Positions 25,100 through 39,343 of a stretch of DNA of 64,000 bases are shown piece after piece. This DNA comes from the human T2T-CHM13v2.0 reference genome, Homo sapiens: the NCBI RefSeq assembly GCF_009914755.1, contig NC_060942.1; one strand, 5' to 3'. Each line of letters starts with the position of its first letter. The stretch's first letter is position 1. A program made the translations under genes and the position numbers. The notes beneath the pieces are model-generated. The model was not told where the DNA came from. It saw nothing but the letters and a program-made list of their open reading frames with translations, and made no database searches.

Positions 25100-28000
25100 A
25101 ACTTATTTGAGATGTGTGTACTCAACTAAGAGAATTGAACCACCGTTTTGAAGGAGCAGTTTTGAAACACTCTTTTTCTGGAATCTGCAAGAGGATATTT
25201 GCCTAGCCTTGAGGATTTCGTTGGAAACGGGATTGTCTTCAGATCAAATCTAGACAGAAGCATTCTCAGAAACTTCTTTGGGATGTTTGCATTCAAGTCA
25301 CAGAGTAGAACATTCCCTTTGGTAGAGCAGGTTTGAAACACTCTTTTTTTAGTATATGGAAGTGGACATTTGGAGCGCTTTCAGGCCTACGTTGGAAAAG
25401 GAAATATCTTCCCATAACAACTAGACAGAAGCATTCTCAGAAACTAGTTTCTGATGTGTGTCCTCAACTAACACAGTTGAACATTTCTTTAGACAGAACA
25501 GTTTTGAAACTCTCTTTTTGTGGAATCTGCAAGTGGCTATTTGGCTAGATTTGAGGATTTCGTTGGAAACGGGATTACATATAAAAAGCAGACAGCAGCA
25601 TTCTCAGAAAGTTCTTTGTGATGATTGCATTCAAGTCACAGAATTGAACATTCCCTTTCACAGAGCAGGTTTGAAACACTCTTTTTGTAGTGTGTGTAAG
25701 TGGACATTTGGAGCACTTTCCGGCCTAAGGTGAAAAAGGAAATATCTTCCCATAAAAACTAGACAGAAGCATTCTCAGAAACTTACTCGTGATGTGTGTC
25801 CTCAACTAAAGGAGTAGAACCTTTGTTTTCATAGAGAAGTTTTGAAACGCTCTTTTTGTGGAATCTGCAAGTGGATATTTGGCTAGTTTTGAGGATTTCG
25901 TTGGAAGCGGGAATTCATACAAATTGCAGACTGCAGCGTTCTGAGAAACATCTTTGTGATGTTTGTATTCAGGACACAGAGTTGAACATTCCCTATCATA
26001 GAGCAGGTTGGAATCACTCCTTTTGTAGTATCTGGAAGTGGACATTTGGAGCGCTTTCAGGCCTATGTTGGAAAAGGAAATATCTTCCCATAACAACTAG
26101 ACAGAAGCATTCTCAGAAACTTATTTGAGATGTGTGTACTCAACTAAGAGAATTGAACCACCGTTTTGAAGGAGCAGTTTTGAAACACTCTTTTTCTGGA
26201 ATCTGCAAGTGGATATTTGGCTAGCTTTGGGGATTTCGCTGGAAGCGGGAATACATATAAAAAGCACACAGCAGCGTTCTGAGAAACTGCTTTCTGATGT
26301 TTGCATTCAAGTCAAAAGTTGAACACTCCCTTTCATAGAGCAGTCCTGAAACACTCCTTTTGTAGTATCTGGAACTGGACTTTTGGAGCCCTTTCAGGGC
26401 TAAGGTGAAAAAGGAAATATCTTCCCATAAAAACTGGACAGAAGCATTCTCAGAAACTTGTTTATGCTGTATCTACTCAACTAACAAAGTTGAACCTTTC
26501 TTTTGATAGAGCAGTTTTGAAATGCTCTTTTTGTGGAATCTGCAAGTGGATATTTGGCTAGTTTTGAGGATTTCGTTGGAAGCGGGAATTCATACAAATT
26601 GCAGACTGCAGCGTTCTGAGAAACATCTTTGTGATGTTTGTATTCAGGACAGAGAGTTGAACATTCCCTATCATAGAGCAGGTTGGAATCACTCCTTTTG
26701 TAGTATCTGGAAGTGGACATTTGGAGCGCTTTCAGGCCTATGTTGAAAAAGGAAATATCTTCCCATAAAAACTAGACAGAAGCATTCTCAGAAACTTACT
26801 CGTGATGTGTGTCCTCAACTAAAGGAGTAGAACCTTTCTTTTCATAGAGAAGTTTTGAAACGCTCTTTTTGTGGAATCTGCAAGTGGATATTTGGCTAGT
26901 TTTGAGGATTTCGTTGGAAGCGGGAATTCATACAAATTGCAGACTGCAGCGTTCTGAGAAACATCTTTGTGATGTTTGTATTCAGGACACAGAGTTGAAC
27001 ATTCCCTATCATAGAGCAGGTTTGAATCATTCCTTTTGTAGTATCTGGAAGTGGACATTTGGAGCGCTTTCAGGCCTATGTTGGAAAAGGAAATATCTTC
27101 CCATAACAACTAGACAGAAGCATTCTCAGAAACTTATTTGAGATGTGTGTACTCAACTAAGAGAATTGAACCACCGTTTTGAAGGAGCAGTTTTGAAACA
27201 CTCTTTTTCTGGAATCTGCAAGTGGATATTTGGCTAGCTTTGGGGATTTCGCTGGAAGCGGGAATACATATAAAAAGCACACAGCAGCGTTCTGAGAAAC
27301 TGCTTTCTGATGTTTGCATTCAAGTCAAAAGTTGAACACTCCCTTTCATAGAGCAGTCCTGAAACACTCCTTTTGTAGTATCTGGAACTGGACTTTTGGA
27401 GCGCTTTCAGGGCTAAGGTGAAAAAGGAAATATCTTCCCATAAAAACTGGACAGAAGCATTCTCAGAAACTTGTTTATGCTGTATCTACTCAACTAACAA
27501 AGTTGAACCTTTCTTTTGATAGAGCAGTTTTGAAATGCTCTTTTTGTGGAATCTGCAAGTGGATATTTGGCTAGTTTTGAGGATTTCGTTGGAAGCGGGA
27601 ATTCATACAAATTGCAGACTGCAGCGTTCTGAGAAACATCTTTGTGATGTTTGTATTCAGGACAGAGAGTTGAACATTCCCTATCATAGAGCAGGTTGGA
27701 ATCACTCCTTTTGTAGTATCTGGAAGTGGACATTTGGAGCGCTTTCAGGCCTATGTTGAAAAAGGAAATATCTTCCCATAACAACTAGACACAAGCATTC
27801 TCAGAAACTTGTTTGTGATGTGTGCCCTCTACTGACAGAGTTGAACCTTTCTTTTCATAGAGCAGTTTTGAAACACTCTTTTTGTAGAATCTGCAAGAGG
27901 ATATTTGCATAGCTTTGAGGATTTCGTGGGAAACGGGATTGTCTTCAGGTAAAATCTAGACAGAAGCATTCTCAGAAACTTCTTTGGGATGTTTGCATTC

Positions 28001-28147
28001 AAGTCACAGAGCAGAACATTCCCTTTGGTAGAGCAGGTTTGAAACACTCTTTTTGTAGTATCTGGAAGTGGACATTTGGAGCGCTTTCAGGCCTATGTTG
28101 GAAAGGGAAATATCTTCCCGTAACAACTAGGCAGAAGCATTCTCAGA
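25100..28147 (+). repeat. 18-mer HOR variant (3048 bp; m1-9, m10/4 hybrid, m5-12)
   Basis: After m10 the sequence returns to m5 (cttactcgtg at ~26795); the m5-m10 ORFs repeat at +1013. Confidence 0.92.
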
Positions 28148-31100
28148 AACTTATTTGAGATGTGTGTACTCAACTAAGAGAATTGAACCACCGTTTTGAA
28201 GGAGCAGTTTTGAAACACTCTTTTTCTGGAATCTGCAAGAGGATATTTGCCTAGCCTTGAGGATTTCGTTGGAAACGGGATTGTCTTCAGATCAAATCTA
28301 GTCAGAAGCATTCTCAGAAACTTCTTTGGGATGTTTGCATTCAAGTCACAGAGTAGAACATTCCCTTTGGTAGAGCAGGTTTGAAACACTCTTTTTTTAG
28401 TATATGGAAGTGGACATTTGGAGCGCTTTCAGGCCTACGTTGGAAAAGGAAATATCTTCCCATAACAACTAGACAGAAGCATTCTCAGAAACTAGTTTCT
28501 GATGTGTGTCCTCAACTAACACAGTTGAACATTTCTTTAGACAGAACAGTTTTGAAACTCTCTTTTTGTGGAATCTGCAAGTGGCTATTTGGCTAGATTT
28601 GAGGATTTCGTTGGAAACGGGATTACATATAAAAAGCAGACAGCAGCATTCTCAGAAAGTTCTTTGTGATGATTGCATTCAAGTCACAGAATTGAACATT
28701 CCCTTTCACAGAGCAGGTTTGAAACACTCTATTTGTAGTGTGTGTAAGTGGACATTTGGAGCACTTTCCGGCCTAAGGTGAAAAAGGAAATATCTTCTCA
28801 TAAAAACTAGACAGAAGCATTCTCAGAAACTTACTCGTGATGTGTGTCCTCAACTAAAGGAGTAGAACCTTTGTTTTCATAGAGAAGTTTTGAAACGCTC
28901 TTTTTGTGGAATCTGCAAGTGGATATTTGGCTAGTTTTGAGGATTTCGTTGGAAGCGGGAATTCATACAAATTGCAGACTGCAGCGTTCTGAGAAACATC
29001 TTTGTGATGTTTGTATTCAGGACACAGAGTTGAACATTCCCTATCATAGAGCAGGTTGGAATCACTCCTTTTGTAGTATCTGGAAGTGGACATTTGGAGC
29101 GCTTTCAGGCCTATGTTGGAAAAGGAAATATCTTCCCATAACAACTAGACAGAAGCATTCTCAGAAACTTATTTGAGATGTGTGTACTCAACTAAGAGAA
29201 TTGAACCACCCTTTTGAAGGAGCAGTTTTGAAACACTCTTTTTCTGGAATCTGCAAGTGGATATTTGGCTAGCTTTGGGGATTTCGCTGGAAGCGGGAAT
29301 ACATATAAAAAGCACACAGCAGCGTTCTGAGAAACTGCTTTCTGATGTTTGCATTCAAGTCAAAAGTTGAACACTCCCTTTCATAGAGCAGTCCTGAAAC
29401 ACTCCTTTTGTAGTATCTGGAACTGGACTTTTGGAGCGCTTTCAGGGCTAAGGTGAAAAAGGAAATATCTTCCCATAAAAACTGGACAGAAGCATTCTCA
29501 GAAACTTGTTTATGCTGTATCTACTCAACTAACAAAGTTGAACCTTTCTTTTGATAGAGCAGTTTTGAAATGCTCTTTTTGTGGAATCTGCAAGTGGATA
29601 TTTGGCTAGTTTTGAGGATTTCGCTGGAAGCGGGAATTCATACAAATTGCAGACTGCAGCGTTCTGAGAAACATCTTTGTGATGTTTGTATTCAGGACAG
29701 AGAGTTGAACATTCCCTATCATAGAGCAGGTTGGAATCACTCCTTTTGTAGTATCTGGAAGTGGACATTTGGAGCGCTTTCAGGCCTATGTTGAAAAAGG
29801 AAATATCTTCCCATAACAACTAGACACAAGCATTCTCAGAAACTTGTTTGTGATGTGTGCCCTCTACTGACAGAGTTGAACCTTTCTTTTCATAGAGCAG
29901 TTTTGAAACACTCTTTTTGTAGAATCTGCAAGAGGATATTTGCATAGCTTTGAGGATTTCGTGGGAAACGGGATTGTCTTCAGGTAAAATCTAGACAGAA
30001 GCATTCTCAGAAACTTCTTTGGGATGTTTGCATTCAAGTCACAGAGTAGAACATTCCCTTTGGTAGAGGAGGTTTGAAACACTCTTTTTGTAGTATCTGG
30101 AAGTGGACATTTGGAGCGCTTTCAGGCCTATGTTGGAAAGGGAAATATCTTCCCGTTACAACTAGGCAGAAGCATTCTCAGAAACTTATTTGAGATGTGT
30201 GTACTCAACTAAGAGAATTGAACCACCGTTTTGAAGGAGCAGTTTTGAAACACTCTTTTTCTGGAATCTGCAAGAGGATATTTGCCTAGCCTTGAGGATT
30301 TCGTTGGAAACGGGATTGTCTTCAGATCAAATCTAGACAGAAGCATTCTCAGAAACTTCTTTGGGATGTTTGCATTCAAGTCACAGAGTAGAACATTCCC
30401 TTTGGTAGAGCAGGTTTGAAACACTCTTTTTTTAGTATATGGAAGTGGACATTTGGAGCGCTTTCAGGCCTACGTTGGAAAAGGAAATATCTTCCCATAA
30501 CAACTAGACAGAAGCATTCTCAGAAACTAGTTTCTGTTGTGTGTCCTCAACTAACACAGTTGAACATTTCTTTAGACAGAACAGTTTTGAAACTCTCTTT
30601 TTGTGGAATCTGCAAGTGGCTATTTGGCTAGATTTGAGGATTTCGTTGGAAACGGGATTACATATAAAAAGCAGACAGCAGCATTCTCAGAAAGTTCTTT
30701 GTGATGATTGCATTCAAGTCACAGAATTGAACATTCCCTTTCACAGAGCAGGTTTGAAACACTCTTTTTATAGTGTGTGTAAGTGGACATTTGGAGCACT
30801 TTCCGGCCTAAGGTGAAAAAGGAAATATCTTCCCATAAAAACTAGACAGAAGCATTCTCAGAAACTTACTCGTGATGTGTGTCCTCAACTAAAGGAGTAG
30901 AACCTTTGTTTTCATAGAGAAGTTTTGAAACGCTCTTTTTGTGGAATCTGCAAGTGGATATTTGGCTAGTTTGGAGGATTTCGTTGGAAGCGGGAATTCA
31001 TACAAATTGCAGACTGCAGCGTTCTGAGAAACATCTTTGTGATGTTTGTATTCAGGACACAGAGTTGAACATTCCCTATCATAGAGCAGGTTTGAATCAC

Positions 31101-32217
31101 TCCTTTTGTAGTATCTGGAAGTGGACATTTGGAGCGCTTTCAGGCCTATGTTGGAAAAGGAAATATCTTCCCATAACAACTAGACAGAAGCATTCTCAGA
31201 AACTTATTTGAGATGTGTGTACTCAACTAAGAGAATTGAACCACCGTTTTGAAGGAGCAGTTTTGAAACACTCTTTTTCTGGAATCTGCAAGTGGATATT
31301 TGGCTAGCTTTGGGGATTTCGCTGGAAGCGGGAATACATATAAAAAGCACACAGCAGCGTTCTGAGAAACTGCTTTCTGATGTTTGCATTCAAGTCAAAA
31401 GTTGAACACTCCCTTTCATAGAGCAGTCCTGAAACACTCCTTTTGTAGTATCTGGAACTGGACTTTTGGAGCGCTTTCAGGGCTAAGGTGAAAAAGGAAA
31501 TATCTTCCCATAAAAACTGGACAGAATCATTCTCAGAAACTTGTTTATGCTGTATCTACTCAACTAACATAGTTGAACCTTTCTTTTGATAGAGCAGTTT
31601 TGAAATGCTCTTTTTGTGGAATCTGCAAGTGGATATTTGGCTAGTTTTGAGGATTTCGTTGGAAGCGGGAATTCATACAAATTGCAGACTGCAGCGTTCT
31701 GAGAAACATCTTTGTGATGTTTGTATTCAGGACAGAGAGTTGAACATTCCCTATCATAGAGCAGGTTGGAATCACTCCTTTTGTAGTATCTGGAAGTGGA
31801 CATTTGGAGCGCTTTCAGGCCTATGTTGAAAAAGGAAATATCTTCCCATAACAACTAGACACAAGCATTCTCAGAAACTTGTTTGTGATGTGTGCCCTCT
31901 AGTGACAGAGTTGAACCTTTCTTTTCATAGAGCAGTTTTGAAACACTCTTTTTGTAGAATCTGCAAGAGGATATTTGCATAGCTTTGAGGATTACGTGGG
32001 AAACGGGATAGTCTTCAGGTAAAATCTAGACAGAAGCATTCTCAGAAACTTCTTTGGGATGTTTGCATTCAAGTCACAGAGTAGAACATTCCCTTTGGTA
32101 GAGTAGGTTTGAAACACTCTTTTTGTAGTATCTGGAAGTGGACATTTGGAGCGCTTTCAGGCCTATGTTGGAAAGGGAAATATCTTCCCGTAACAACTAG
32201 GCAGAAGCATTCTCAGA

Positions 32218-33238
32218 AACTTATTTGAGATGTGTGTATTCAACTAAGAGAGTTGAACCACCGTTTTGAAGGAGCAGTTTTGAAACACTCTTTTTCTGGA
32301 ATCTGAAAGAGGATATTTGCCTAGCCTTGAGGATTTCGTTGGAAACGAGATTGTCTTCAGATCAAATCTATACAGAAGCATTCTCAGAAACTTCTTTGGG
32401 ATGTTTGCATTCAAGTCACAGAGTAGAACATTCCCTTTGGTAGAGCAGGTTTGAAACACTCTTTTTTTAGTATATGGAAGTGGACATTTGGAGCGCATTC
32501 AGGCCTACGTTGGAAAAGGAAATATCTTCCCATAACAACTAGACAGAAGCATTCTCAGAAACTAGTTTCTGATGTGTGTCCTCAACTAACACAGTTGCAC
32601 ATTTCTTTAGACAGAACAGTTTTGAAACACTCTTTTTGTGGAATCTGCAAGTGGCTATTTGGCTAGATTTGAGGATTTCGTTGGAAACGGGATTACATAT
32701 AAAAAGCAGTCAGCAGCATTCTCAGAAAGTTCTTTGTGATGATTGCATTCAAGTCACAGAATTGAACATTCCCTTTCACAGAGCAGGTTTGAAATACTCT
32801 TTTTTAGTGTGTGTAATTGGACATTTGGAGCACTTTCCGGCCTAAGGTGAAAAAGGAAATATCTTCCCATAAAAACTAGACAGAAGCATTCTCAGAAACT
32901 TACTCGTGATGTGTGTCCTCCACTAAATGAGTAGAACCTTTCTTTTCATAGAGAAGTTTTGAAACGCTCTTTTTGTAGAATCTGCAAGAGGATATTTGCA
33001 TAGCTTTGAGGATTTCGTGGGAAACGGGATTGTCTTCAGGTAAAATCTAGACAGAAGCATTCTGATAAACTTCTTTGGGATGTTTGCATTCAAGTCACAG
33101 AGTAGAACATTCCCTTTGGTAGAGCAGGTTTGAAACACTCTTTTTGTATTATCTGGAAGTGGACATTTGGAGCGCTTTCAGGCCTATGTTGGAAAGGGAA
33201 ATATCTTCCCGTAACAACTAGGCAGAAGCATTCTCAGA
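32218..33238 (+). repeat. 6-mer HOR variant, copy 2
   Basis: Same junction and SNVs (ccactaaatg, aatactc, taattgg) as copy 1. Confidence 0.93.
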
Positions 33239-36200
33239 AACTTATTTGAGATGTGTGTACTCAACTAAGAGAATTGAATCACCGTTTTGAAGGAGCAGTT
33301 TTGAAACACTCTTTTTCTGGAATCTGCAAGAGGATATTTGCCTAGCCTTGAGGATTTCGTTGGAAACGGGATTGTCTTTAGATCAAATCTAGACAGAAGC
33401 ATTCTCAGAAACTTCTTTGGGATGTTTGCATTCAAGTCACAGAGTAGAACATTCCCTTTGGTAGAGCAGGTTTGAAACACTCTTTTTTTAGTATATGGAA
33501 GTGGACATTTGGAGCGCTTTCAGGCCTACGTTGGAAGAGGAAATATCTTCCCATAACAACTAGACAGAAGCATTCTCAGAAACTTGTTTCTGATGTGTTT
33601 CCTCAACTAACACAGTTGAACATTTCTTTAGACAGAACAGTTTTGAAACACTCTTTTTGTGGAATCTGCAAGTGGCTATTTGGCTAGATTTGAGGATTTC
33701 GTTGGAAACGGGATTACATATAAAAAGCAGACAGCAGCATTCTCAGAAAGTTCTTTGTGATGATTGCATTCAAGTCACAGAATTGAACATTCCCTTTCAC
33801 AGAGCAGGTTTGAAACACTCTTTTTGTAGTGTGTGTAAGTGGACATTTGGAGCACTTTCCGGCCTAAGGTGAAGAAGGGAATATCTTCCCATAAAAACTA
33901 GACAGAAGCATTCTCAGAAACTTACTCGTGATGTGTGTCCTCAACTAAAGGAGTAGAACCTTTGTTTTCATAGAGAAGTTTTGAAACGCTCTTTTTGTGG
34001 AATCTGCAAGTGGATATTTGGCTAGTTTGGAGGATTTCGTTGGAAGCGGGAATTCATACAAATTGCAGACTGCAGCGTTCTGAGAAACATCTTTGTGATG
34101 TTTGTATTCAGGACACTGAGTTGAACATTCCCTATCATAGAGCAGGTTTGAATCACTCCTTTTGTAGTATCTGGAAGTGGACATTTGGAGCGCTTTCAGG
34201 CCTATGTTGGAAAAGGAAATATCTTCCCATAACAACTAGACAGAAGCATTCTCAGAAACTTATTTGAGATGTGTGTACTCAACTAAGAGAATTGAACCAC
34301 CGTTTTGAAGGAGCAGTTTTGAAACACTCTTTTTCTGGAATCTGCAAGTGGATATTTGGCTAGCTTTGGGGATTTCGCTGGAAGCGGGAATACATATAAA
34401 AAGCACACAGCAGCGTTCTGAGAAACTGCTTTCTGATGTTTGCATTCAAGTCAAAAGTTGAACACTCCCTTTCATAGAGCAGTCCTGAAACACTCCTTTT
34501 GTAGTATCTGGAACTGGACTTTTGGAGCGCTTTCAGGGCTAAGGTGAAAAAGGAAATATCTTCCCATAAAAACTGGACAGAAGCATTCTCAGAAACTTGT
34601 TTATGCTGTATCTACTCAACTAACAAAGTTGAACCTTTCTTTTGATAGAGCAGTTTTGAAATGCTCTTTTTGTGGAATCTGCAAGTGGATATTTGGCTAG
34701 TTTTGAGGATTTCGTTGGAAGCGGGAATTCATACAAATTGCAGACTGCAGCGTTCTGAGAAACATCTTTGTGATGTTTGTATTCAGGACAGAGAGTTGAA
34801 CATTCCCTATCATAGAGCAGGTTGGAATCACTCCTTTTGTAGTATCTGGAAGTGGACATTTGGAGCGCTTTCAGGCCTATGTTGAAAAAGGAAATATCTT
34901 CCCATAACAACTAGACACAAGCATTCTCAGAAACTTGTTTGTGATGTGTGCCCTCTACTGACAGAGTTGAACCTTTCTTTTCATAGAGCAGTTTTGAAAC
35001 ACTCTTTTTGTAGAATCTGCAAGAGGATATTTGCATAGCTTTGAGGATTTCGTGGGAAACGGGATTGTCTTCAGGTAAAATCTAGACAGAAGCATTCTCA
35101 GAAACTTCTTTGGGATGTTTGCATTCAAGTCACAGAGTAGAACATTCCCTTTGGTAGAGCAGGTTTGAAACACTCTTTTTATAGTATCTGGAAGTGGACA
35201 TTTGGAGCGCTTTCAGGCCTATGTTGGAAAGGGAAATATCTTCCCGTAACAACTAGGCAGAAGCATTCTCAGAAACTTATTTGAGATGTGTGTACTCAAC
35301 TAAGAGAATTGAACCACCGTTTTGAAGGAGCAGTTTTGAAACACTCTTTTTCTGGAATCTGCAAGAGGATATTTGCCTAGCTTGGAGGATTTCGTTGGAA
35401 ACGGGATTGTCTTCAGATCAAATCTAGACAGAAGCATTCTCAGAAACTTTTTTGGGATGTTTGCATTCAAGTCACAGAGTAGAACATTCCCTTTGGTAGA
35501 GCAGGTTTGAAACACTCTTTTTTTAGTATATGGAAGTGGACATTTGGAGCGCTTTCAGGCCTACGTTGGAAAAGGAAATATCTTCCCATAACAATTAGAC
35601 AGAAGCATTCTCAGAAACTAGTTTCTGATGTGTGTCCTCAACTAACACAGTTGAACATTTCTTTAGACAGAACAGTTTTGAAACTCTCTTTTTGTGGAAT
35701 CTGCAAGTGGCTATTTGGCTAGATTTGAGGATTTCGTTGGAAACGGGATTACATATAAAAAGCAGACAGCAGCATTCTCAGAACGTTCTTTGTGATGATT
35801 GCATTCAAGTCACAGAATTGAACATTCCCTTTCACAGAGCAGGTTTGAAACACTCTTTTTGTAGTGTGTGTAAGTGGACATTTGGAGCACTTTCCGGCCT
35901 AAGGTGAAAAAGGAAATATCTTCCCATAAAAACTAGACAGAAGCATTCTAAGAAACTTACTCGTGATGTGTGTCCTCAACTAAAGGAGTAGAACCTTTCT
36001 TTTCATAGAGAAGTTTTGAAACGCTCTTTTTGTGGAATCTGCAAGTGGATATTTGGCTAGTTTTGAGGATTTCGTTGGAAGCGGGAATTCATACAAATTG
36101 CAGACTGCAGCGTTCTGAGAAACATCTTTGTGATGTTTGTATTCAGGACACAGAGTTGAACATTCCCTATCATAGAGCAGGTTTGAATCATTCCTTTTGT

Positions 36201-39200
36201 AGTATCTGGAAGTGGACATTTGGAGCGCTTTCAGGCCTATGTTGGAAAAGGAAATATCTTCCCATAACAACTAGACAGAAGCATTCTCAGAAACTTATTT
36301 GAGATGTGTGTACTCAACTAAGAGAATTGAACCACCCATTTGAAGGAGCAGTTTTGAAACACTCTTTTTCTGGAATCTGCAAGTGGATATTTGGCTAGCT
36401 TTGGGGATTTCGCTGGAAGCGGGAATACATATAAAAAGCACACAGCAGCGTTCTGAGAAACTGCTTTCTGATGTTTGCATTCAAGTCAAAAGTTGAACAC
36501 TCCCTTTCATAGAGCAGTCCTGAAACACTCCTTTTGTAGTATCTGGAACTGGACTTTTGGAGCGCTTTCAGGGCTAAGGTGAAAAAGGAAATATCTTCCC
36601 ATAAAAACTGGACAGAAGCATTCTCAGAAACTTGTTTATGCTGTATCTACTCAACTAACAAAGTTGAACCTTTCTTTTGATAGAGCAGTTTTGAAATGCT
36701 CTTTTTGTGGAATCTGCAAGTGGATATTTGGCTAGTTTTGAGGATTTCGCTGGAAGCGGGAATTCATACAAATTGCAGACTGCAGCGTTCTGAGAAACAT
36801 CTTTGTGATGTTTGTATTCAGGACAGAGAGTTGAACATTCCCTATCATAGAGCAGGTTGGAATCACTCCTTTTGTAGTATCTGGAAGTGGACATTTGGAG
36901 CGCTTTCAGGCCTATGTTGAAAAAGGAAATATCTTCCCATAACAACTAGACACAAGCATTCTCAGAAACTTGTTTGTGATGTGTGCCCTCTACTGACAGA
37001 GTTGAACCTTTCTTTTCATAGAGCAGTTTTGAAACACTCTTTTTGTAGAATCTGCAAGAGGATATTTGCATAGCTTTGAGGATTTCGTGGGAAACGGGAT
37101 TGTCTTCAGGTAAAATCTAGACAGAAGCATTCTCAGAAACTTCTTTGGGATGTTTGCATTCAAGTCACAGAGTAGAACATTCCCTTTGGTAGAGGAGGTT
37201 TGAAACACTCTTTTTGTAGTATCTGGAAGTGGACATTTGGAGCGCTTTCAGGCCTATGTTGGAAAGGGAAATATCTTCCCGTTACAACTAGGCAGAAGCA
37301 TTCTCAGAAACTTATTTGAGATGTGTGTACTCAACTAAGAGAATTGAACCACCGTTTTGAAGGAGCAGTTTTGAAACACTCTTTTTCTGGAATCTGCAAG
37401 AGGATATTGGCCTAGCCTTGAGGATTTCGTTGGAAACGGGATTGTCTTCAGATCAAATCTAGACAGAAGCATTCTCAGAAACTTCTTTGGGATGTTTGCA
37501 TTCAAGTCACAGAGTAGAACATTCCCTTTGGTAGAGCAGGTTTGAAACACTCTTTTTTTAGTATATGGAAGTGGACATTTGGAGCGCTTTCAGGCCTACG
37601 TTGGAAAAGGAAATATCTTCCCATAACAACTAGACAGAAGCATTCTCAGAAACTAGTTTCTGATGTGTGTCCTCAACTAACACAGTTGAACATTTCTTTA
37701 GACAGAACAGTTTTGAAACTCTCTTTTTGTGGAATCTGCAAGTGGCTATTTGGCTAGATTTGAGGATTTCGTTGGAAACGGGATTACATATAAAAAGCAG
37801 ACAGCAGCATTCTCAGAAAGTTCTTTGTGATGATTGCATTCAAGTCACAGAATTGAACATTCCCTTTCACAGAGCAGGTTTGAAACACTCTTTTTATAGT
37901 GTGTGTAAGTGGACATTTGGAGCACTTTCCGGCCTAAGGTGAAAAAGGAAATATCTTCCCATAAAAACTAGACAGAAGCATTCTCAGAAACTTACTCGTG
38001 ATGTGTGTCCTCAACTAAAGGAGTAGAACCTTTGTTTTCATAGAGAAGTTTTGAAACGCTCTTTTTGTGGAATCTGCAAGTGGATATTTGGCTAGTTTGG
38101 AGGATTTCGTTGGAAGCGGGAATTCATACAAATTGCAGACTGCAGCGTTCTGAGAAACATCTTTGTGATGTTTGTATTCAGGACACAGAGTTGAACATTC
38201 CCTATCATAGAGCAGGTTTGAATCACTCCTTTTGTAGTATCTGGAAGTGGACATTTGGAGCGCTTTCAGGCCTATGTTGGAAAAGGAAATATCTTCCCAT
38301 AACAACTAGACAGAAGCATTCTCAGAAACTTATTTGAGATGTGTGTACTCAACTAAGAGAATTGAACCACCGTTTTGAAGGAGCAGTTTTGAAACACTCT
38401 TTTTCTGGAATCTGCAAGTGGATATTTGGCTAGCTTTGGGGATTTCGCTGGAAGCGGGAATACATATAAAAAGCACACAGCAGCGTTCTGAGAAACTGCT
38501 TTCTGATGTTTGCATTCAAGTCAAAAGTTGAACACTCCCTTTCATAGAGCAGTCCTGAAACACTCCTTTTGTAGTATCTGGAACTGGACTTTTGGAGCGC
38601 TTTCAGGGCTAAGGTGAAAAAGGAAATATCTTCCCATAAAAACTGGACAGAATCATTCTCAGAAACTTGTTTATGCTGTATCTACTCAACTAACATAGTT
38701 GAACCTTTCTTTTGATAGAGCAGTTTTGAAATGCTCTTTTTGTGGAATCTGCAAGTGGATATTTGGCTAGTTTTGAGGATTTCGTTGGAAGCGGGAATTC
38801 ATACAAATTGCAGACTGCAGCGTTCTGAGAAACATCTTTGTGATGTTTGTATTCAGGACAGAGAGTTGAACATTCCCTATCATAGAGCAGGTTGGAATCA
38901 CTCCTTTTGTAGTATCTGGAAGTGGACATTTGGAGCGCTTTCAGGCCTATGTTGAAAAAGGAAATATCTTCCCATAACAACTAGACACAAGCATTCTCAG
39001 AAACTTGTTTGTGATGTGTGCCCTCTAGTGACAGAGTTGAACCTTTCTTTTCATAGAGCAGTTTTGAAACACTCTTTTTGTAGAATCTGCAAGAGGATAT
39101 TTGCATAGCTTTGAGGATTACGTGGGAAACGGGATAGTCTTCAGGTAAAATCTAGACAGAAGCATTCTCAGAAACTTCTTTGGGATGTTTGCATTCAAGT

Positions 39201-39343
39201 CACAGAGTAGAACATTCCCTTTGGTAGAGTAGGTTTGAAACACTCTTTTTGTAGTATCTGGAAGTGGACATTTGGAGCGCTTTCAGGCCTATGTTGGAAA
39301 GGGAAATATCTTCCCGTAACAACTAGGCAGAAGCATTCTCAGA

